35,621 nt of DNA from an uncultured Candidatus Saccharibacteria bacterium. GTDB lineage: Bacteria; Patescibacteriota; Saccharimonadia; Saccharimonadales; UBA10212. Of the stretch, positions 25,801 to 33,261 are shown in pieces (positions within the stretch are counted from its first letter, which is position 1; each line of letters opens with the position of its first letter). Where the stretch lies: positions 1 through 35,621 of the forward strand of contig CAZXDA010000003.1 in NCBI GenBank assembly GCA_964639445.1. The letters run 5' to 3'. Below the pieces are notes generated by a model. It was not told the DNA's origin and ran no database searches. It saw nothing but the letters and a program-made list of their open reading frames with translations. Both the position numbers and the translations under genes were made by a program.

Positions 25801-28440
25801 GATAGCGCGGGAGATGGAGAGGTTTGGCAATACGACGGTAGCACTTGGACCTTGGTAGCTACTAGCGGTAATCCTTTGACCTGGGGCACTTCAATAGAAT
25901 GTGCCTGTTCCTTAAATGTTTATAAAGGTAAGTTGTACGCCGGAAAGGGTCGGAGCGCCAGTAATGATGCCCAAGTCTGGTCATATGGCGATAATCTTTA
26001 TCTTCAGTCAGCAGCCACTTCACAAGATACCAACTGGCACCACATAGCCGCCACATATGACGGTACTACGGCTAAAATTTATATCGATGGTGTAGTAAAT
26101 GCCACCACTACTAAAAGCCTTGCTATGCCAGATACCTCTGGCCCACTTTATATAGGATCATCTTATGGCAGCCAAGGTGATGGCCGAGGCGAGGTGTATT
26201 TTAATGGCCAAATTGACGAGGTACGGATCAGCAATGTTGCCCGAACCTCATTCAATACAACTACTTACAGCACAGCCTCGCAGACGATTCAGCCAGGTGC
26301 AGCGGTCTTTACATCTGGTGTAGCCAGCTTTGATAGCTTTGCCGACACCGAAACCCTAAATGGCGGTACCATTAATTTTCGAGTGTCGTCGGATGGTGGT
26401 AGCAGTTGGCAGTATTGGTCAGGCTCCAGCTGGTCAACCTCTTCCTCCCTCTCCGAGGCCAATCCAGCCTCTACAATAAATGCTCATATTTCAACTTTTC
26501 CAGTAACCGGCGGCGGTATTAAGTGGCAAGCCATATTAACCGGCAGCGGCGAGCAACTTGTCACGTTAAACAGTGTAACCATTAATGCCACTTCGGATAC
26601 CACAGCCCCCGATAATCCCGCAAGCGTAACCGCTAAGGACTCACCAAGCGGCTCGACTACCTTAACCAGCGGGAACTGGTATAACTACACGGGACCATAT
26701 TTCTCCTGGAGCGCTCCATCTGATCCACCCAGCCCATCTGGCGGAACGTCTGGCGTTGCCGGGTATTATGTTTACTTTGGTACGGATAATACAGCTGACC
26801 CCCTGACGGCCGGCACCTTCCAGGCAGCCGCCAATTACACAGCTGGTTCGCTAACTTCGGGCAATACTTATTATCTGCGAATTAAAACCAAGGATGCAGC
26901 CGGCAACGTCAATTCAACCACAGCCGCCCTGTTTACATACAAATTTGACTCAATAGCGCCAGATGCCGTTGCTTACGTCAACGTCTCGCCAGCTGGCTGT
27001 TCTACGGCTTCATCATTTACATTTTCATGGCCGGCCAGTTCTGATGCCAGCTCGGGCATAGCCGGTTATCAATATAGGCTAGGTTCTACCGGGGTAGTAC
27101 AGGATTTGTCTAATGTACTAACTGTTGATGCCCCGCCGTACCAGGTAGGGGATAATGTATTCTATGTCAGAGCCAAAGATGCTGCCGGCAATACTAGCGC
27201 CTGGCAGACAGGTGTCTATTGCTCAACCGAAACTGCTACTGTAGTTGATGGCCCAACAGTGGTGGCTGGCGCCAGCTCCATAACTGTTTCCTGGACATCG
27301 TCTAAAGCGACCACTTCTTTCGTAAAAGTCCAGGATGGCAATACTTATATATCCGAGCAGGGCCAATCAAGCTTCTCTATTTCTCATACTGTCAAAGTTG
27401 TAGGACTGGAGCCGGAAAAAAGCTATCAATATCAGTTAACGTGGACCGATTCGTCCGGCAACCCGGGACAAACTCCATTCTTTACAACCAGCACTTCTAC
27501 GGCGCCAGCCGTCAAGAACCTAACATCACAAATACTAGGCCCCTCAAGCACGTTACTTTCCTGGCAAACAACAGAACTTAGCTCGGCCAGCATCGAATAC
27601 GGCATCGGCAACTTTAACTCAACCAAAGATCTCAGCGGCACGGCTACCAGCTTTACCCAGCAACTAACTGGCCTAGTGCCAGGCAGTAACTACCAGGTGC
27701 GGATTGCCGCCAGAACGCAGGATGGCTACCCCTACTTTTCTGTTATCACCTTCCAAACACCACCGCTACCAAAAATCAGTGACGTGCGTTTTGACTATCT
27801 GCCAACTGCTCAGGCTTCGGTTAGAGTCAGCTGGCAGACAAATGTACCATCAACTTCTTTAGTCAGATTCACGCCACAGGGTGGTGTAACCCAAATTGCT
27901 TCTTCGGCCGAGCTGGCCACCGACCACGCTATAACTTTGGACGAGTTGCTAGATAACACTAACTATCAAATAGTGGCCGTCTCGACCGACCAGTACGGCA
28001 ACAGCGGTACCAGTGATCCTCAAAACTATGCAACACCGTTTGACACCCGACCGCCCAAGATCAACAACCTCAATATAGAAATTAAATCCAGCGGTGTGGG
28101 TACGGCGCAAAAGGCCCAGATAGTTGTCTCTTGGGAGACTGATGAGCCAGCCACTTCTCAGGTTGAATATGGCCCCGGCATCTCCTCAGATTCATATTCC
28201 TCGCGCACCCAGGAAGATAGAATACTCTCTACCACCCATGTGGTTATAGTTTCCAACCTAGATCCGGCTAAACTCTATCACTTGAGGGCTGTCTCCAAAG
28301 ATCGCAGTAGCAACACTGGCACCAGCATCGACACCACAGCCATCACCGGTCGGATCCAGAATAGCGTTATCGATCTGATAATCAACGCTTTGCAGCGCTC
28401 GCTAAATTTCTTAACTAAGTTGCCACTTTTGGGAAGATAA
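22837..28440 (+). CDS. Giant membrane-anchored surface protein (1867 aa): split LamG/concanavalin-like fold, 14 blade-like repeats, multiple FN3-like domains
   Basis: One TM helix at about aa 105-125 ('VAAFILAMIFWFGSFMHALA'). LamG_3-like text 'LSLNGTTTTVSAPDSASLSLTGANTIEAWTKF' ... 'NWHHIAATYDGTTAKIYIDGV...YFNGQIDEVRISNVART'. Repeats of the form W-T-x-[IV]-G-G-D-G-[LV]-N-x-S-W...L-Y-A-G-L-G...G-D-A-E-V-W-x-Y. C-terminal FN3-like modules ('APD..', 'SWxxSxDxxSGIAGYQY', 'YQYQLTWTDSSGN'). Confidence 0.85.
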   Translation: MKKVLSRYKPAAVGILRVTDKILFKFSLALSRAAVILFQLSVALAKDAWKLLKRLGHRLWAKILAWPPAERFYLRTKHHHNRTIGRAHNHLLERWRWYSRWHSWQWHPHVHYSTVAAFILAMIFWFGSFMHALASDLSNLWNFGTPADYQTSSGAEVSGSTGHLRVNEYTNDANTTALYHLNESSGTSVADSSSNSNTGTATSPTWGSAGKLNYSLSLNGTTTTVSAPDSASLSLTGANTIEAWTKFGSSFSSSSSSRQPVISKGAYQLYYDSQTGKITYELANSSNSWTQVGGMDASGQSFIGGTFNNSWDVNSQNTVEAMIKVGSYIYTGTGQGSSDALVWRWDGTSWLQIGGRGLNNSWSATAVYQTVYSLATDGTNLYAGLGSGTGNAEVWLYNGSSWTKVGGDGLNGSWNTNYESVHSLAVSGTTVYAGLGDSAGDAEVWQCTNCTTSPAWTQVGGDGVNSSWTSGSNKEMVASLRIVGTKLLAGLGISATDGELWSTDTGTISWTKLGGSGTGSAGQSWDTTHERVAAITNVGNVIYVGLGDSTGDAEVWSCDISATCTNTAGWTQVGGDGVNTSWNTNYERVFSLTVDGSNNIYAGLGLDSGDAEVWKYNGTSWTQIGGDSLNSSWTATTMTDVRALLVDGSTLYSGVSNTSATTYPAEVWTTNLTTISWTRIGGDGINKSWPPANFTMIDSMTTYKGKLIAGLPGSTFSDSQVWEYDGNTWDVIGGQGVNSSWTPNTYADVWSLISDGTNLYAGLGTGTGKGEVWQYNGTSWSKIGGGGVNSSWNGNYDRILAMAVYGGAVYAGTGQASTSGTAELWKYSGGSWTKVGGDGLNGSWVDLKYEFVESMTTWQNKLYVGLGANTGDNALWQYDGTNWAQIGGDCTGACTPNSGSAPPSGSWSNTTGWGSELDSLASYNGKLYAGMGIGTGNAVIWQCDPGCTQSSGWTKIGGDGLNGSWAASTYEKVYAMVVYNGSLYAGLGDSAGDGEVWQYDGSTWTLVATSGNPLTWGTSIECACSLNVYKGKLYAGKGRSASNDAQVWSYGDNLYLQSAATSQDTNWHHIAATYDGTTAKIYIDGVVNATTTKSLAMPDTSGPLYIGSSYGSQGDGRGEVYFNGQIDEVRISNVARTSFNTTTYSTASQTIQPGAAVFTSGVASFDSFADTETLNGGTINFRVSSDGGSSWQYWSGSSWSTSSSLSEANPASTINAHISTFPVTGGGIKWQAILTGSGEQLVTLNSVTINATSDTTAPDNPASVTAKDSPSGSTTLTSGNWYNYTGPYFSWSAPSDPPSPSGGTSGVAGYYVYFGTDNTADPLTAGTFQAAANYTAGSLTSGNTYYLRIKTKDAAGNVNSTTAALFTYKFDSIAPDAVAYVNVSPAGCSTASSFTFSWPASSDASSGIAGYQYRLGSTGVVQDLSNVLTVDAPPYQVGDNVFYVRAKDAAGNTSAWQTGVYCSTETATVVDGPTVVAGASSITVSWTSSKATTSFVKVQDGNTYISEQGQSSFSISHTVKVVGLEPEKSYQYQLTWTDSSGNPGQTPFFTTSTSTAPAVKNLTSQILGPSSTLLSWQTTELSSASIEYGIGNFNSTKDLSGTATSFTQQLTGLVPGSNYQVRIAARTQDGYPYFSVITFQTPPLPKISDVRFDYLPTAQASVRVSWQTNVPSTSLVRFTPQGGVTQIASSAELATDHAITLDELLDNTNYQIVAVSTDQYGNSGTSDPQNYATPFDTRPPKINNLNIEIKSSGVGTAQKAQIVVSWETDEPATSQVEYGPGISSDSYSSRTQEDRILSTTHVVIVSNLDPAKLYHLRAVSKDRSSNTGTSIDTTAITGRIQNSVIDLIINALQRSLNFLTKLPLLGR
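23699..25985 (+). repeat. 14 tandem ~55-aa blade-like (beta-propeller-type) repeats within the giant CDS
   Basis: 14 occurrences of the [SGATN]W[TSLAD]x[IVL]GG core (SWTQVGG, SWLQIGG, SWTKVGG, AWTQVGG, SWTKLGG, GWTQVGG, SWTQIGG, SWTRIGG, TWDVIGG, SWSKIGG, SWTKVGG, NWAQIGG, GWTKIGG, and a degenerate TWTLVAT). Four blades carry Cys-x(2-5)-Cys loops. Confidence 0.75.
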
Positions 28441-28442
28441 AA

Positions 28443-29216
28443 ATGTCAGAGCATCCTAAAGATAGGCACATTATTGAAGGCCGATCGATCTATAAGACCT
28501 TCAAGATTGGCGAGCAGCACACAACAGTTCTTAGAGATGTATCTATTAAGGTGTTGCGGGGTGAGTTTATGATTATTCACGGCCCCTCTGGTTCGGGCAA
28601 GTCAACGCTTCTCAATTGCCTGATAGGCTTAGAGCCGATCACTAGAGGCGAGGTGTGGGTCAATGGCCGGCGCTTAGACAGTTTAGTTGAAGATGACCGA
28701 GCCCAAACCAGAAACATGACTTTTGGCGTGGTGTATCAGCAGCCAATCTGGGTAAAGTCATTAACCGTTGTTGAAAACGTTGCTTTGCCAATGATGATTA
28801 ACGGCGCCTCCAAAGAAACGTCATTGCAAAAGGCTTACTCTCACCTCAAAGAAGTAGGTATGTCCAAATACGCCAAACGCAAACCAACAGAAATGTCCGG
28901 CGGTGAGCAAACAAGAGTTGGTATTGCTCGTTCATTAATCAACAGCCCGCCGGTTTTAGTGCTTGACGAGCCAACCGGCAATCTTGATACCCACACTGCA
29001 GATCAAATGCTGTTGCTGCTTCAAGAGCTTAATCGCCACAAAGGCATAACTATTCTTATGGTGACACATAATTCTACCTACTTGCCCTTAGCTTCTATAA
29101 CGGTTGGCATAAGAGATGGCCAGGTCGTGGAAAGCAAGATCGCTGATAATCCGCTTGCCCATAGGCTGCATGGATTAGCTCAAAAGAAAGTCGAGGCAGT
29201 TGATGAAGCCCAATAA
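28443..29216 (+). CDS. ABC transporter ATP-binding protein, MacB/LolD/FtsE-like
   Basis: Walker A 'GPSGSGKST', signature 'MSGGEQTRV', Walker B 'VLVLDEPTGNLD'. Starts 2 nt after the giant gene's stop. Confidence 0.93.
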   Translation: MSEHPKDRHIIEGRSIYKTFKIGEQHTTVLRDVSIKVLRGEFMIIHGPSGSGKSTLLNCLIGLEPITRGEVWVNGRRLDSLVEDDRAQTRNMTFGVVYQQPIWVKSLTVVENVALPMMINGASKETSLQKAYSHLKEVGMSKYAKRKPTEMSGGEQTRVGIARSLINSPPVLVLDEPTGNLDTHTADQMLLLLQELNRHKGITILMVTHNSTYLPLASITVGIRDGQVVESKIADNPLAHRLHGLAQKKVEAVDEAQ

Positions 29217-30411
29217 CCTGGTTTTCTTGGCTTGGCGAAATCTGTGGCTACACCGCCTGCGGGCAATTTTGACCATTGGCGGCGTGACATTAGGTGTAGG
29301 CGCCATAGTATTTTTGGTATCAATCGGTTTTGGCTTAGAAAAACTGGTAACCAGCCAGGTGGCCACATTTGAAGCTTTCTCGATGATTGATGTACCTTCA
29401 GCCAATCTAAAAACCGGCAAGATTAACGAGGCCGCCATCAACCGTCTGAGCAAAATCCCTCACGTCGTTAAAATCAACGAGATTGTCGAGCTAGCCGCCC
29501 GTGCCAGATTAAGTTCGCAAAAATCGACCGCCGAGACTGTGGCTATTAGCGCCAACTCTAACTATTTTTCACTTAACCAGCTCAGCCTAAAAGGCGGCCG
29601 TATCTATAACAATAATTCTCTTAACGAAATGGTTGTCAACGAATCTTTGGCTAGCCTACTTGGCATAGGCGTGGCTGATTATGCGCAGAAGGGAGCGCTA
29701 ATCGATTTAATTATTCCGGCCGATTTAAGAGAAAGGGATAATGTTGATGGACCAATTGTTAAAAGCGATATTCCAGCTCATATTGTCGGCATAGCGGCAG
29801 GCAACCAGAGCCCCACAATGTACATGCCTCTGGCCTCAGCTATTAAGTACGGGGTTGTTAATCGAACATCCCTAAAGATTAAGGTTGATGACCGTAAAAA
29901 TATTCCGCAGGTGCGCCAAGCTATCGAGAACGCCGGATACTCAACGGAGTATGTAGGCGATACGGTCGAGCAGATTTCACAGGTCTTTACTCTCTTTAGA
30001 ATCGTGCTGGGGGCGTTTGGTTTAATCGCTCTGATTGTGGCCGCGCTGGGAACATTTAATACCCTGACCATATCTTTAATGGAGCGAATCCGTGAAGTTG
30101 GCTTACTGCGGACTTTGGGCATGAAGCAAAAAGATATTTTCCGACTGTTTATGGCCGAATCACTGACAATTGGAATTTTGGGTGGCGCCGCCGGTGTTGC
30201 ACTAGCTTCTCTTATTGGCTGGGGTATTAATTCTGGCCTTCGCGCCTTAGCGGAAAGCAGTGGCGCCGATCCGGTAATCGTTTATTATACGCCACCATCA
30301 TTCATCATTATTGTGGCAGTCGGCTCGATGATAGTCGGCTTTTTAACCGGACTTTATCCGGCCAAACGAGCCATCAAAATGAAACCTTTAGACCTAATTA
30401 GATACGAGTAA
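29200..30411 (+). CDS. ABC transporter permease, FtsX/MacB type (4 TM helices with a large extracytoplasmic domain)
   Basis: N-terminal TM helix 'RLRAILTIGGVTLGVGAIVFLVSIG', then a ~230-aa extracellular domain, then the C-terminal FtsX module ('MERIREVGLLRTLGMKQKDI', 'LYPAKRAIKMKPLDLIRYE'). Overlaps the ATPase gene by 17 nt. Confidence 0.88.
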   Translation: MMKPNNLVFLAWRNLWLHRLRAILTIGGVTLGVGAIVFLVSIGFGLEKLVTSQVATFEAFSMIDVPSANLKTGKINEAAINRLSKIPHVVKINEIVELAARARLSSQKSTAETVAISANSNYFSLNQLSLKGGRIYNNNSLNEMVVNESLASLLGIGVADYAQKGALIDLIIPADLRERDNVDGPIVKSDIPAHIVGIAAGNQSPTMYMPLASAIKYGVVNRTSLKIKVDDRKNIPQVRQAIENAGYSTEYVGDTVEQISQVFTLFRIVLGAFGLIALIVAALGTFNTLTISLMERIREVGLLRTLGMKQKDIFRLFMAESLTIGILGGAAGVALASLIGWGINSGLRALAESSGADPVIVYYTPPSFIIIVAVGSMIVGFLTGLYPAKRAIKMKPLDLIRYE

Positions 30412-30415
30412 TAAA

Positions 30416-30492
30416 TGGTGGAGCATGAGGGATTCGAACCCTCGACCTCATCCATGCCATGGATGCGCGCTAGCCAACTGCGCCAATGCCCC
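30416..30492 (-). tRNA. tRNA-Ala (anticodon GGC), CCA encoded
   Basis: Hand fold: GGGGCAT TG GCGC AGTTGGCTA GCGC G CATCC ATGGCAT GGATG AGGTC GAGGG TTCGAAT CCCTC ATGCTCC A CCA. The G3:U70 Ala identity pair is present. Confidence 0.92.
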
Positions 30493-30504
30493 TTCAACAG
30501 ATAG

Positions 30505-30510
30505 ATTATA
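30505..30510 (-). promoter_or_regulatory. Perfect TATAAT -10 box 12 nt upstream of the tRNA-Ala 5' end
   Basis: The minus strand reads ..gataattttgTATAATctatctgttgaa|GGGGCAT. The -35 is weak (TAGCTA at 17 nt). Confidence 0.4.
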
Positions 30511-30552
30511 CAAAATTATCTCTGTTGTAGCTAGGTGGTTGAGGCGTTAGTT

Positions 30553-30882
30553 TTATTGGCCTATTTTTTGCGTCATATCATTGCTGCGGTTAGTCATTTG
30601 AGCTGCGCCACTCTGCAACGACTGGCCGCTGGTTTGTAGCTCTTTACCTTTCTGCATCAATTCCGTGTCGCCGTATTGCTGGCCCTTTTGCTGCATCAGT
30701 TGCCCGGTGCTCATCATCATAGTCCCCATTTGCGACATGCTTGAACCGTCGCTTTTCATCATAGAAGCCGTGTCGCGCATGTACTGGTCCGAGAACGTTT
30801 GGTTAGCCCTGCCTATAAAATAGCCCGCGCCACCGATCACGACGAGCCCTACTAATAGTGCTACGGCAGATTTAGTTTTCAC
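30553..30882 (-). CDS. Met/Gln-rich exported or membrane-anchored small protein (109 aa)
   Basis: GTG start with GGAGG 7 nt upstream. N-terminal hydrophobic helix 'AVALLVGLVVIGGAGYFIG'. The mature part is rich in Met and Gln ('MMKSDGSSMSQMGTMMMSTGQLMQQ'). Confidence 0.6.
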   Translation of the reverse strand: MKTKSAVALLVGLVVIGGAGYFIGRANQTFSDQYMRDTASMMKSDGSSMSQMGTMMMSTGQLMQQKGQQYGDTELMQKGKELQTSGQSLQSGAAQMTNRSNDMTQKIGQ

Positions 30883-30912
30883 AGTATTCCTCCTAAGTGC
30901 TTACGGTTTTTA

Positions 30913-30960
30913 TATTGCCCCATATTGCCCCCCATTATTGCCTATTTGCCGGTTATTGCC
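30913..30960 (-). repeat. Five direct repeats of GGCAATA (minus strand) upstream of the Met-rich protein gene
   Basis: On the plus strand, tattgcc at 30913, 30923, 30936 and 30954, plus the variant tatttgcc at 30943. Spacings are 10, 13, 7 and 11 nt. The proximal copy overlaps a TATAAA -10-like box. Confidence 0.6.
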
Positions 30961-30971
30961 AACAAATGTGT

Positions 30972-31499
30972 CTATGTAGCCGCTGGTTCTGGGCTATGGC
31001 TGACGTGCTGTAAATAGAATTGCTCCAGCTTGCTCTGGTCAAAGTTGTTTAGGTTCATAGTCCATCCCCATGAAGCTACAGAAATAGGTGCTGGATTCTT
31101 TGACCGTTTCGTAACAACGGCTTTGGTTGGCTGAAATTTGGGATCGGAAAATGGCTGGCTGAACAAGCTCCTCAGTTTTTGAACTTGATCTGTCGGCAAG
31201 TCTGGTCTGTAGGATACCCAGATATAACCATGCTCCAGATTGTGCAACAGGTTACCATCAGGCAGTTCCTGGTTGTAGAAACCTTTTGGGGCCGGTTGCG
31301 CGTAATGATCGCCGGAACTTGGCGGGTTTGAGTTGTAGTTGACAATCGTGTCTTCTGGAACATGATTCTTTCCTAGCTCGTCATGTTGTGCGCCTAGCGT
31401 TGGCTGTTTGGGGGTCTCCTTCTTACTGGACACCATGAAGTAGCCGACGAAACCTACGACCAAAAGTGCTATCACTGAGTAAAATATTTTGCTGCTCAT
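30972..31499 (-). CDS. DUF3105-like exported protein
   Basis: N-terminal TM/signal helix. 'NYNSNPPSSGDHY' and 'LHNLEHGYIWVSY' match what I recall of DUF3105. GGAGAG RBS. Confidence 0.65.
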   Translation of the reverse strand: MSSKIFYSVIALLVVGFVGYFMVSSKKETPKQPTLGAQHDELGKNHVPEDTIVNYNSNPPSSGDHYAQPAPKGFYNQELPDGNLLHNLEHGYIWVSYRPDLPTDQVQKLRSLFSQPFSDPKFQPTKAVVTKRSKNPAPISVASWGWTMNLNNFDQSKLEQFYLQHVSHSPEPAAT

Positions 31500-31510
31500 T
31501 TTTTCTCTCC

Positions 31511-31771
31511 TTAGTGTTTATGGTCGCCGCCATGACCATGGTCCATGCCGCCCATCATGAAAGCCATCATGAGCGTGCAGGCGACCGCAAAAAGCAGAAA
31601 GCCGACGCTGATAACACCAGTGACGACTAGTAGTAGCGCTATGGCTAGCATGGGAATGCAGCAGGCAACCATCGTCCAGCGGTGACTATGGGACCGGCCG
31701 GGGCGGCCATGCATCTTTGTTGAATCTTGTGCATGTTCAGTGGCAACGCGCGGATTGGTTATGGTGTTCAC
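31511..31771 (-). CDS. Small His/Met-rich membrane protein, DUF2933-like
   Basis: GTG start with AGGAGGGAG 4 nt upstream. Two TM helices. C-terminus 'CTLMMAFMMGGMDHGHGGDHKH'. Confidence 0.55.
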   Translation of the reverse strand: MNTITNPRVATEHAQDSTKMHGRPGRSHSHRWTMVACCIPMLAIALLLVVTGVISVGFLLFAVACTLMMAFMMGGMDHGHGGDHKH

Positions 31772-32051
31772 GACTCCCTCCTTTGACTTTTAGCGAAGCT
31801 GGCGTATAGCCCAGCTTTTTATAGAGAGGGCAATGGCCGGTTGCACCGGTAACGATCAGGTCTAGGCCGGCTAGAACCAAAAGTACCTCCAAGATACCCG
31901 TGACCCAGGTAGGCGATCCGGATAACAATAATATCCCGCCGATGGCGCCGGCCAGACCGATCAAGACGCGGCTAAGCCGCTCGGCTGGAGTGATATTTAC
32001 CTCCCGACGACTACCGGTACTTATGATTTCAGAATGTTGATAGTTGTTCAT
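31737..32051 (-). CDS. DUF2892 (YgaP-like) membrane protein
   Basis: 'RVLIGLAGAIGGILLLSG' ... 'LIVTGATGHCPLYKKLG' is the typical DUF2892 layout. Confidence 0.7.
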   Translation of the reverse strand: MNNYQHSEIISTGSRREVNITPAERLSRVLIGLAGAIGGILLLSGSPTWVTGILEVLLVLAGLDLIVTGATGHCPLYKKLGYTPASLKVKGGSREHHNQSARCH

Positions 32052-32061
32052 TTTAATCCTC

Positions 32062-32256
32062 CTATCTCTCCCAAACGTAGCGTTCGGGAGTATCTACAAA
32101 ATGTTGTTTACAGTGACTCGAACAAAAGTAGTAGACCACCCCGTGATGCTGCACGTGGTGATGGCTCTGCCTTTGATCAACATCCATGCCACAGACTACG
32201 TCAAGCGTCATGTGCTCGGTTATTGATTGTTTTCTAGGTTCTTTTACAGTCTTCAT
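32062..32256 (-). CDS. YHS/TRASH-domain metal-binding protein
   Basis: 'DVVCGMDVD....HHGVVYYFCSSHCKQHFVDTPERY' fits the YHS consensus (CGM...YYFCS..C...F). Confidence 0.85.
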   Translation of the reverse strand: MKTVKEPRKQSITEHMTLDVVCGMDVDQRQSHHHVQHHGVVYYFCSSHCKQHFVDTPERYVWER

Positions 32257-32327
32257 CTCTAACTCCTTAGTTAAATTACTAGATGGCAGGTAAGCCCCAA
32301 ATCAGGCTCACCTTATGGAGCTTGCGA

Positions 32328-32675
32328 TCAAAACCGGAGGTTAGCGTAGAGTTTTACTAAATCCGGCGGTCTAATGAGACTGCCAAATATGAGGCTTGCT
32401 ACCGGTTCCGTCGGCTCGGGAAATGTAAAATTTTGGACGTAATAAGGTAGCGGCGGCGGTCCGGGGTCTTGCTCATTTTCTCTAATGATTTGCTTCTGTT
32501 TTTCTGGTAGGCTGACCACCGAACTTGCACTGCAGGGTCCACAGTTGCTGACCTCGGCGTCCATACTCATACTCTGAGCGCTGGCAGCTAGGGAGGACAA
32601 AGGACTGAATAATAAGAACAGAGCAATAGCTGGCGCGTAAAAAATAATTTTTAACTTACTAACCATGCTTACCAT
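32328..32675 (-). CDS. Hypothetical exported protein with a CGPC motif
   Basis: I prefer the ATG at 32675 (MVSMVSKLKIIFYAPAIALFLLFSPLSSLAASAQS.., signal-peptide-like). It lies 1 nt after the upstream stop and has GGTGGGGG upstream. The track start at 32720 would overlap the upstream gene. Confidence 0.5.
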   Translation of the reverse strand: MVSMVSKLKIIFYAPAIALFLLFSPLSSLAASAQSMSMDAEVSNCGPCSASSVVSLPEKQKQIIRENEQDPGPPPLPYYVQNFTFPEPTEPVASLIFGSLIRPPDLVKLYANLRF

Positions 32676-32676
32676 T

Positions 32677-33255
32677 TTAAACCCCCACCAACTCTTCCTT
32701 AACTCGCTCGCCCGGTCCATGGAGCGTCCCTTCTCCCCTGGTTAAAATTGTGAGCGCGATTGCGATCAGGCCAGTCGAGATAACAAGAGGTGCTATTACT
32801 GGCCCTGCCCATGGCACCGGGAGCAGAAAAAAGATATCCTGGCTACGGAAGGATGTCGGCCAGCCGATGACCAGACGTAAAAACACGTAGTAAAAAATAT
32901 CCCAGAGCCCAAATGCAAGCAAAAAATACGCCAATTTCTGCTTACGATTATTGCCAGCAAGTAGCGCGACACTGGTAAGCATAATTATTGTGGCCACTTC
33001 ACGGAATTGCTCGACCCGCAGAATTGAGGCGTTCCTAAGAATCTCAATCGCCGTATGTGGTTCAAGAAAGGCAATGCCTGGTACGGCGGCCAGAACATCT
33101 TCTTTATTAACATGGGTTTGGTGGTTGAAGCCGGTGCTCAAAAGATGACGCAGATAGACCACGACTGATGCCTCCACCAACCCGAAGGCGATCGCGAAGA
33201 GTGAGACCAGTAGGATTACTCTGTGTTTTCGGCTTATGCCACTCCCTAATAACAT
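32677..33255 (-). CDS. Hypothetical polytopic membrane protein (192 aa)
   Basis: Five to six hydrophobic helices. No family recognised. Lies 6 nt downstream of the ATPase stop. Confidence 0.5.
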   Translation of the reverse strand: MLLGSGISRKHRVILLVSLFAIAFGLVEASVVVYLRHLLSTGFNHQTHVNKEDVLAAVPGIAFLEPHTAIEILRNASILRVEQFREVATIIMLTSVALLAGNNRKQKLAYFLLAFGLWDIFYYVFLRLVIGWPTSFRSQDIFFLLPVPWAGPVIAPLVISTGLIAIALTILTRGEGTLHGPGERVKEELVGV

Positions 33256-33261
33256 GGGCTT

